50,651 nucleotides of DNA, taken from positions 1 to 50,651 of the forward strand of contig JALDAH010000001.1 in assembly GCA_022729275.1 (NCBI GenBank), written 5' to 3'. The notes beneath the pieces are model-generated. The model did no database searches, was not told the DNA's origin, and worked only from the letters and a program-made list of their open reading frames with translations. The position numbers and the translations under genes were made by a program. Source of the stretch: Candidatus Nanoanaerosalina archaeon. GTDB lineage: Archaea > Nanohalarchaeota > Nanosalinia > Nanosalinales > Nanoanaerosalinaceae. This document shows positions 44,102 through 50,651 of the stretch, one piece after another (positions within the stretch are counted from its first letter, which is position 1; each line of letters opens with the position of its first letter).

Positions 44102-44969
44102 GTATAGCGAAATCATACCTGACTATGATGTGTTCATGGAAGTGGTTGAGACTCATCAGCCATTCGATATTAGAGTTAATACGAACAAGACAAGTATAAA
44201 AGAAATCAAAAAAAGCTTTAAAGAACAGGGTATAGGATTTCAACAGAGAAAATGGAACGAAAAATTCTTCAAGGTGGATGAAAGACCTGGTAAACTGTTT
44301 CAGCACTGGATGGGAATGATATATTCTCAAGAATCAACTTCCGGGATACCTCCCACTGCATTCAACCTGAAAAGTAATGACAAGATAATCGATATGTGTG
44401 CCGCCCCGGGTTCAAAAACTACGCAGATATCTGCATTGATGAATAACAAAGGAGACATACTTGCGAACGACAGATATTCCAACAGAATAAAAAGTTTACT
44501 TGCTAATATATACAGACTTGGTTGTCTCAACGTTAAAGTCATTGAGAGAGATGCGAGAGAGATAACGGAAAGAAAAAAGTTCGACAAGGTACTGATTGAC
44601 TCACCATGCTCTGCTGAAGGAAATCTTAGAGAGAAAGAATATCTTCGAGAGGGTGCGGATCCGGAGGACATAAGGAATATCTCATTACTCCAAGAGCAGC
44701 TCCTGGACAAAGCGTTTAGATTGTGCAAGAAAGGCGGCGAGATAGTTTACTCCACATGCACTTTCGCTCCGGAGGAGAACGAATTAAACGTGCAAAAATT
44801 TCTTGAAAGAGGAGAATTAGTTGACCCTAAATTTTGTTTCGAACATTCCAAGGGTTTGATTGAATGGAATGGACAAAAACTTTCGGAAGAGCTGAAAAAA
44901 TGTGTGAGGGTTTACCCTCACCAGCTTGACTCAGGAGGGATATTTATTGCCAAGTTCAAAAAGATGTAA
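44094..44969 (+). CDS. NOL1/NOP2/Sun-family RNA cytosine-C5 methyltransferase (catalytic domain)
   Basis: SAM motif DMCAAPGSKTTQI, catalytic Cys motifs VLIDSPCSAEGNLR and VYSTCTFAPEENE, and family-typical end GGIFIAKFKK. Confidence 0.85.
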   Translation: MDRYSEIIPDYDVFMEVVETHQPFDIRVNTNKTSIKEIKKSFKEQGIGFQQRKWNEKFFKVDERPGKLFQHWMGMIYSQESTSGIPPTAFNLKSNDKIIDMCAAPGSKTTQISALMNNKGDILANDRYSNRIKSLLANIYRLGCLNVKVIERDAREITERKKFDKVLIDSPCSAEGNLREKEYLREGADPEDIRNISLLQEQLLDKAFRLCKKGGEIVYSTCTFAPEENELNVQKFLERGELVDPKFCFEHSKGLIEWNGQKLSEELKKCVRVYPHQLDSGGIFIAKFKKM

Positions 44970-45393
44970 GATATACATCAAGGAAAGGTTTGGAGTTGAA
45001 AATATATTTGAAGACTACAAGTTTGTTGAGAGAAGTGGTGATTACTGGATTATACCAAGAAATATGGAAGTTAAAGACAAATGCATAACAGCGGGTATAA
45101 GAGCTTTAAGAGATACAGGTATGGGCTTAAAACCAACCACATATTTTTTACAGGTGGTTGGAGAAGATATTTCCAAAAATGTTATCGAGCTTGACAGGGC
45201 ATCCCTTAAAAAGATGGTCTTTGACAGAGAAAAAATCAGTTTGAATGAAAGTAAAAACAATGTTGAAAACGGTTATGTTGCCCTGGAATTCATGGGAGAA
45301 ATCATTGGATGCGGTTTGAAGAAAAATGATGGTCTGGTCACACAGATACCCAAGGGAAGGGCAAAAATACTGGAAGACATACTTATTGATTAG
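44926..45393 (+). CDS. RsmF-type C-terminal (pre-PUA plus PUA-like) domain ORF in the +1 frame relative to the methyltransferase; likely the detached or frameshifted C-terminus of the same protein
   Basis: There is no ATG before residue 47 and the homologous region starts right at the overlap. The tail GYVALEFMGEIIGCGLKKNDGLVTQIPKGRAKIL resembles the RsmF PUA end (G..LG.GK...g.lKN.yPKg.R). Confidence 0.5.
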   Translation: MTQEGYLLPSSKRCKIYIKERFGVENIFEDYKFVERSGDYWIIPRNMEVKDKCITAGIRALRDTGMGLKPTTYFLQVVGEDISKNVIELDRASLKKMVFDREKISLNESKNNVENGYVALEFMGEIIGCGLKKNDGLVTQIPKGRAKILEDILID

Positions 45394-45412
45394 AGTTGGA
45401 ATAGACTTGGAA

Positions 45413-45425
45413 AAGTATAAAAAAG
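45413..45425 (+). promoter_or_regulatory. TATA box (AAGTATAAAAAAG) for 5S rRNA
   Basis: Located about 20-30 nt upstream of the 5S helix I start. Confidence 0.4.
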
Positions 45426-45444
45426 TTGCTATATATCAAATAGT

Positions 45445-45561
45445 TGCTGACGGCCAGAGCGAGGGGGCAACACCCGTACCCATCTCGAACACGGAAGTAA
45501 AGTCCCTCAGCGATCAGGTGAGTACTGCCTAATCGGCGGAAAAATCCGGACGCTGTCAGCC
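45445..45561 (+). rRNA. rrf: 5S ribosomal RNA, stand-alone
   Basis: Helix I GCTGACGGC/GCTGTCAGC (9 bp). Conserved core CCACACCCGTACCCATCTCGAACACGGAAGTAAAG...CAGCGATCAGGTGAGTACTG. Followed by CTATTTTTAC. The ends are +/- 2 nt. Confidence 0.85.
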
Positions 45562-45599
45562 TATTTTTACCCTTTCTTTGAATTATCCGATCGAATTTA

Positions 45600-46451
45600 T
45601 CATAAAGGGTCAACTGCTAGATCTCCGAAACCGTAATCTCCTGAATCATCGTTGATATCTTCATATGGAGGAATTTCTAGACCTATATTTTTCCTTAACC
45701 AGTACCTCTGAGAACTGTAACATATAATATTATTGGATAGACTTGTCATGAGCTCATAGTATGCATTTTGTTTTTTGAAACGTGTTGATACATGTTCATC
45801 AAGTTCAATACTGCCCAGATTCTCGTTCAAGATACCTTCTTTTACTTTTTCGACATGATCAACAAGTCCATAAGCTATTGATAAAATCCTGAAATCATTC
45901 TTTTCTCTTCCCGTTTCTAGAATTTTGTTATAGACATCTTCAAAACGTTTGTCAAACCGAGGTGCATCATCCCTTGGTTCATGGAGAAGATCTGTTAGAA
46001 AAATGTAGCTTCTACCGGAAGTCAAAAAACTTTCACATGTTTTTCCAACAGCATCAAGGTATTTATCTCTCCATAACACTGTATCCTCAAGATCGTTTCC
46101 TTCCAGCAATTTAACAGCTGATGCATAGACATCTGGGTTTTTAGTATCATCACCAATAGCCATGAAGTTCTCATATGCTCTTTCTATTTCTGAAAAATCT
46201 GATTCTCCATCTATTTCAACGATATCTATAAATCTTTTTAGATATGCTGCTCCATAGGGATTGGATTTTTTCATCTCATCGTATTTTTCCTCGTAACTAA
46301 CATCTCGTTTTTCTCCTTTTGAGAAGACAATTTCCATCTCCCTGTTTAAACTTTCTATCTCTTCACCATATTTTTCCATCAAGGATCTGTTAGAAAAAAT
46401 TTTCTTAATAAACTCGTTTCTCTCAGGGTTTTTCAAAATTTTTTTCATCAT
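45600..46451 (-). CDS. Hypothetical protein (283 aa)
   Basis: Long clean ORF with no motif recognised. Confidence 0.5.
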   Translation of the reverse strand: MMKKILKNPERNEFIKKIFSNRSLMEKYGEEIESLNREMEIVFSKGEKRDVSYEEKYDEMKKSNPYGAAYLKRFIDIVEIDGESDFSEIERAYENFMAIGDDTKNPDVYASAVKLLEGNDLEDTVLWRDKYLDAVGKTCESFLTSGRSYIFLTDLLHEPRDDAPRFDKRFEDVYNKILETGREKNDFRILSIAYGLVDHVEKVKEGILNENLGSIELDEHVSTRFKKQNAYYELMTSLSNNIICYSSQRYWLRKNIGLEIPPYEDINDDSGDYGFGDLAVDPL

Positions 46452-46862
46452 AGATTCCTCTTCTTATAAAATCATCTGAAAAATCCCCCAAAAACAATTA
46501 ACTTTTTAAAGTAGCTTAACCTTAATATTAAGTTAACTTCTGGGTTCATTAGGATTTCTTAGAGGGTTACACCACAACCCTCTATCTAATACCCATCCGA
46601 TTCTTATAAATGTATCGTAAACTTCTCCATAATCTTTTTAACAAATGTAAATCAGTTTTTGGAAAGTAGTTTTGGACTATATATTTTAGCGGAACAAGCA
46701 TATTAATAATATTTCATGGTAAAAAAAAATCATGAATGAAGAGAAGAAAAATGAGGATAAAGACCCTGCGGAATCGATAATGGATATGATAAGAAAGTAT
46801 TATGAAGGAATAAAGAAGAGGGAGAACGAAGGTGTTGGAGCAGACTGAATTAGGTGTATGAA

Positions 46863-48119
46863 ATGGATATAGATTTGGGAAACAACAGCATGGAGACTTT
46901 GTGCAAAACTTGTTCTATACAGCTGGACAAGATCAAAAACGGTGGAAGATTCATAGATAAGAAGGAGATATTAAAAACCCCGAGAAAAACGTTTACAGCT
47001 AATATACCATTAAAGATGGATGATGGATCGGTGGAAATATTTCCAGCATTCAGGATACAGTACAATGATGCAAGAGGACCGACAAAAGGAGGAATCAGGT
47101 TTCATCAAAATGTCTCCCAAGAGGAAGTAAAAAAACTGGCTTTTCTCATGACAATCAAATCAGCTGTAGTGGATATACCTTTCGGAGGAGGAAAGGGAGG
47201 TGTAAAAGTCAATCCATCAAAAATCTCAGAGTCCGAGAAGGAAAGACTTTCCAGAGAATATATCAGACATTTCCACAGATTTATAGGTCCTGAACAGGAT
47301 ATACCTGCACCTGATGTGAATACGAACGAAAAGATCATGGGTTGGATGACCGACGAGTACGAAAAAATAAAGGGCAGGAAGCTGCCCGGAATTCTAACAG
47401 GCAAACCACTTTCGCTCGGAGGAAGCAAGGGAAGAAGCTATGCAACAAGTCTTGGAGGAGCCATAATCCTTGAAGAATACTTGAAAGAGGAAAGTATTGA
47501 CAGGGTTGAAGTCGCTATACAGGGATTCGGTAACGTGGGTTCGAACCTAGCAAAGATACTTCACGATAAAGGTCACAAGATAGTTGCAGTTAGCGATGCA
47601 GAGGGAGGTATTATAGACAACGAAGGTATAGATATAATGGATCTTTACGGAAAATATGATGGAGATGGTGATCTAAGTAAGATGAAAGATGTCGAAGAGA
47701 TATCCAACAAGGAACTGCTGGAACTGGACGTGGATGTCCTGATACCTGCAGCTATAGAAAACCAGATTCATGAAGAAAATGTTGATAAAATAAAGGCAAA
47801 CATAATACTTGAGATGGCCAACAGCCCAGTCACAACCGAAGCAGATAAGGTTTTGGAAAATAGCAATACAGTTGTGATCCCTGACATACTTGCAAATGCT
47901 GGAGGTGTTACTGTATCCTACTTTGAATGGTTGCAGAACATATCACACGAGTACTGGACAGAAGAACAAGTCAACAATAAACTTAAAGCATACATGGTGA
48001 GAGCCTTTAAACAGGTCAGGGAGACAAGTGAAAATGACGAATGCGGATTAAGAGAAGCTGCTTACATCTTGGGTATTAGAAGAGTGCTCGAAGCAGAAAA
48101 ATCCAGGGGAAATCTTTAA
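46863..48119 (+). CDS. gdhA: Glutamate dehydrogenase
   Basis: GPTKGGIRFH, catalytic-Lys loop PFGGGKGG, Rossmann QGFGNVGS. The ATG at 46863 sits 6 nt after AGGTG; the track's GTG lies inside that SD. Confidence 0.9.
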   Translation: MDIDLGNNSMETLCKTCSIQLDKIKNGGRFIDKKEILKTPRKTFTANIPLKMDDGSVEIFPAFRIQYNDARGPTKGGIRFHQNVSQEEVKKLAFLMTIKSAVVDIPFGGGKGGVKVNPSKISESEKERLSREYIRHFHRFIGPEQDIPAPDVNTNEKIMGWMTDEYEKIKGRKLPGILTGKPLSLGGSKGRSYATSLGGAIILEEYLKEESIDRVEVAIQGFGNVGSNLAKILHDKGHKIVAVSDAEGGIIDNEGIDIMDLYGKYDGDGDLSKMKDVEEISNKELLELDVDVLIPAAIENQIHEENVDKIKANIILEMANSPVTTEADKVLENSNTVVIPDILANAGGVTVSYFEWLQNISHEYWTEEQVNNKLKAYMVRAFKQVRETSENDECGLREAAYILGIRRVLEAEKSRGNL

Positions 48120-48276
48120 AAAAAGGTCTTGGTTTTTTTATATTTAAGGCTTCCACCATTTATAAAAAAGATTTCTTCCCGTTTTATACCGGGACAGAAG
48201 TAGGAACACGGCATAGTTTAAAACAGTTGTGTTTCAATTAATACAACATAAAACCTTTTTTAACAGGTGCTTACAG

Positions 48277-50469
48277 ATGGCAGACGAAGAAACAAAGAAA
48301 ATAATGGAGATAATTGGGAATCCTGAACAAATCAGGAACATTGGAATAGTGGCACATATAGACCACGGAAAAACAACCTTATCAGATAACTTGCTTGCAA
48401 GGGCCGGAATGATTTCGGATCAGCTTGCTGGTTCTCAACTTTTTATGGACTACGATGATCAGGAACAGGAGAGAGGAATCACTATTTATTCCGCAAACGT
48501 TTCGATGGTTCACGAGTTCAAGGACGATAAATTTTTGATAAACCTTATAGACACACCGGGGCACGTTGACTTTGGAGGCGACGTTACCAGAGCTATGAGA
48601 GCTGTTGACGGAGCTATGGTAGTAGTTGATGCAGTTGACGGTGTTATGCCTCAGACCGAAACGGTTTTGGAACAGGCATTGAAGGAAAGAGTTAAACCTA
48701 TACTTTTCATAAACAAGGTTGATAGACTGATCAAAGAACTTGAGCTTACAGGACAGGAGATGCAGGAAAGATTTCAGAAAATAATCGCAGAGGTAAACAG
48801 ATTGATAAGGAAGATGTGTCCTGAAGAATTCAAGGACGAGTGGCAGGTCAAAGTTAAAGAAGGATCCGTTGCCTTTGGTTCAGCACTACTTAACTGGGCT
48901 ATCTCGATACCATATATGAAAGAGACAGGTATCAATTTCAATGATATCGTGAATCATGTGAACAATGATGAGGATAAAGAACTTGCGAATAAAGCACCTA
49001 TAGAAGAAGTAACACTCAACATGGTTATCAAACATCTTGTAAATCCCAAGGACGCTCAGAGATATAGGATACCTGCTATATGGAATGGAGATATGGAGTC
49101 AGAGTACGGCAAGTCCATGTCAACTTGTAACAGTAAAGGACCTTTCGTAGGTGTTGTAACAAACGTAGAGACAGACAAGCACGCAGGCACCATCTGTACC
49201 GTTAGGATGTTTTCTGGAAAAGTAAATGAAGGAGAAGAGATCTTCGGTGTAGGATCCAGGCAGGAACAGAGGGTTCAGAAGGTAGGTATCTATTCAGGTC
49301 CTAGAAAACTTCCAGTAAACTCTGTGCCGGCGGGTAACATCGCAGCACTTACCGGTGTGGATTACTCTACAGGAGAAACCATTGTTGAAAAAGGATACGA
49401 TATCCAGCCCTTCGAACAGATCGAGCACGTTTTCGAACCTGTTGTGACAAAATCTATAGAACCTAAAAGGACTTCAGATCTTCCTGATCTTATAGAAGCT
49501 CTAAGAAACAGGGCGAAAGAAGATAACACCATAGCGATCTCAATAGATGAGGAAACCGGAGAGACACTTGTATCAGGTCTTGGAGAGCTTCACATTGAAG
49601 CAAAGATAGAAAGATACTTGCAGGAACAGGGTATTGATATACAGGTTTCAGAACCTATCGTTGTTTACAGAGAATCCATAGAAGGTAAATCAGAAGAGTT
49701 CATGGGTAAATCTCCAAACAGACACAACAAGTTCTTCATGTCCGTAGAACCCCTACCTCAGGAAGCATACGAGAAGATAATAGCTGGAGAAGTTCCAGAA
49801 GGAAAAGTAAGGGATCAGGATGAACAGAAGGTCAGGGATGTTCTTATGGAAGCGGGCATAGAAAAAGAAGATGCTAGTAAGGTTCACAACATACATAAAG
49901 GAAACCTTTTCGTCGACCGGACAAGAGGTGTAAAGTTTCTTAACGATGTGATGGAACTAGTCGTAAAGGCTTTCCAGAACATTTGTGACGAAGGACCTCT
50001 CGCAGCAGAGCCTTGTGTTAAACTGATGGTTAAGATACACGATGCATCCATTCACGAGGACCACGTTCACAGGGGACCTGCACAGGTTATCCCAGCCGTT
50101 AGAGAAGCGATTACAAGGGCTATGATTGATGCGGATGCGACGATACTTGAACCAAAACAGATTATCAGGATAGACTCGCCTTCCGACAAGATGGGGCAAG
50201 CCATGAAAGAAGTTAACAACAGAAGAGGAAAAATCATTGATATGGAAGAGGAAGAAGGATCTTCAAAGATTCAGGCAGCTCTTCCAGTTGCAGAGATGTT
50301 CGGTTTTGAGGCTTCACTGAAGTCAGCAACTCGTGGAAGAGGTTTTTACAACCTGATGGACCAGGTGTTTGAACCACTTCCAAAGAACCTGATGAAACAA
50401 ACCGTCCTTGAAATCAGAAAGAGGAAAGGAATGAAAACTGAAATCCCAGGTATGGAGCAGGAACAATAA
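48277..50469 (+). CDS. fusA: Translation elongation factor 2 (aEF-2)
   Basis: G1 AHIDHGKTT, G3 DTPGH, G4 NKVD, and the diphthamide-region HEDHVHRG. The ATG at 48277 is preceded by AGGTG at 8 nt; the track's 5' extension is rejected. Confidence 0.92.
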   Translation: MADEETKKIMEIIGNPEQIRNIGIVAHIDHGKTTLSDNLLARAGMISDQLAGSQLFMDYDDQEQERGITIYSANVSMVHEFKDDKFLINLIDTPGHVDFGGDVTRAMRAVDGAMVVVDAVDGVMPQTETVLEQALKERVKPILFINKVDRLIKELELTGQEMQERFQKIIAEVNRLIRKMCPEEFKDEWQVKVKEGSVAFGSALLNWAISIPYMKETGINFNDIVNHVNNDEDKELANKAPIEEVTLNMVIKHLVNPKDAQRYRIPAIWNGDMESEYGKSMSTCNSKGPFVGVVTNVETDKHAGTICTVRMFSGKVNEGEEIFGVGSRQEQRVQKVGIYSGPRKLPVNSVPAGNIAALTGVDYSTGETIVEKGYDIQPFEQIEHVFEPVVTKSIEPKRTSDLPDLIEALRNRAKEDNTIAISIDEETGETLVSGLGELHIEAKIERYLQEQGIDIQVSEPIVVYRESIEGKSEEFMGKSPNRHNKFFMSVEPLPQEAYEKIIAGEVPEGKVRDQDEQKVRDVLMEAGIEKEDASKVHNIHKGNLFVDRTRGVKFLNDVMELVVKAFQNICDEGPLAAEPCVKLMVKIHDASIHEDHVHRGPAQVIPAVREAITRAMIDADATILEPKQIIRIDSPSDKMGQAMKEVNNRRGKIIDMEEEEGSSKIQAALPVAEMFGFEASLKSATRGRGFYNLMDQVFEPLPKNLMKQTVLEIRKRKGMKTEIPGMEQEQ

Positions 50470-50492
50470 ATTTTTTAAAAACCATTTTGGAA

Positions 50493-50530
50493 GGTTTATA
50501 ACAGGTTTAAAAGCCTGTAAACCTTTTTTT
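50493..50530 (+). terminator. Hairpin (GGTTT-ATA-ACAGG / CCTGT-AAACC) followed by T7, downstream of aEF-2
   Basis: Read directly. The 10 paired positions have a 3-nt bulge and an 8-nt loop, followed by TTTTTTT at 50524-50530. Confidence 0.4.
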
Positions 50531-50612
50531 ATATCCTTCCAGGACCGGTTATATTTATAAAGTTTTTTTTGGAAAAAGGGTTTAGACGTATTAATGCTAA
50601 AAGGTGAATACT

Positions 50613-50651
50613 ATGGCAGAAAAGAAACCACACATAAATCTCGTATCAATC
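50613..50651 (+). CDS. tuf: Translation elongation factor 1-alpha (aEF-1alpha), first 13 codons only
   Basis: MAEKKPHINLVSI matches the conserved aEF-1alpha N-terminus (M..KPH.NL..IGHVDHGKS). AAGGTGA lies 6 nt upstream. Position after aEF-2 is canonical. Confidence 0.7.
   Translation, partial: MAEKKPHINLVSI

Noticed and set aside
45326-45613. Track ORFs 45326-45532 (+) and 45383-45613 (-)
   Set aside because: Both lie across the 5S rRNA gene, and the GC-richer structured RNA gives open frames by chance.

Overview
Gene-dense, AT-rich archaeal chromosomal segment with about 60 genes. The archaeal assignment rests on aEF-2 and aEF-1alpha, a PAN-like AAA ATPase, the proteasome beta subunit, aCPSF1, Hel308, Mre11-Rad50, archaeal-type TIM and NMNAT, SepF, two tRNAs with canonical 37/38 introns, and tRNA-Tyr with a C1-G72 pair. 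The small genes, short spacers, unlinked 5S rRNA and many acidic orphan proteins suggest a small-genome (DPANN-like) archaeon, but that is inference only. Most of the window is housekeeping: four aminoacyl-tRNA synthetases, DNA repair, sugar-nucleotide and UDP-GlcNAc-type precursor genes, GDH, and translation factors.

Observations worth a second look:
1. An intact bacterial-type hydC-hydB-hydA [FeFe]-hydrogenase module with a small ACT-like ORF next to it. It sits between archaeal genes, has unusually stripped-down electron-transfer subunits, and no hydEFG maturases occur in the window.
2. An mre11-rad50 operon that lacks herA/nurA and runs straight into three overlapping class-III-signal-peptide (type IV pilin-like) genes.
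3. A membrane-tethered protein with textbook C2H2 zinc fingers.
4. An RsmF-type RNA m5C methyltransferase split by a +1 frame change at an A5 run.
5. A divergent PAN.
6. An AN1-zinc-finger-rhomboid fusion.
7. A few unexplained palindromes and long spacers.

No CRISPR array, transposase, integrase or obvious provirus was seen. All calls come from reading the sequence and ORF translations by eye. No database search was run.
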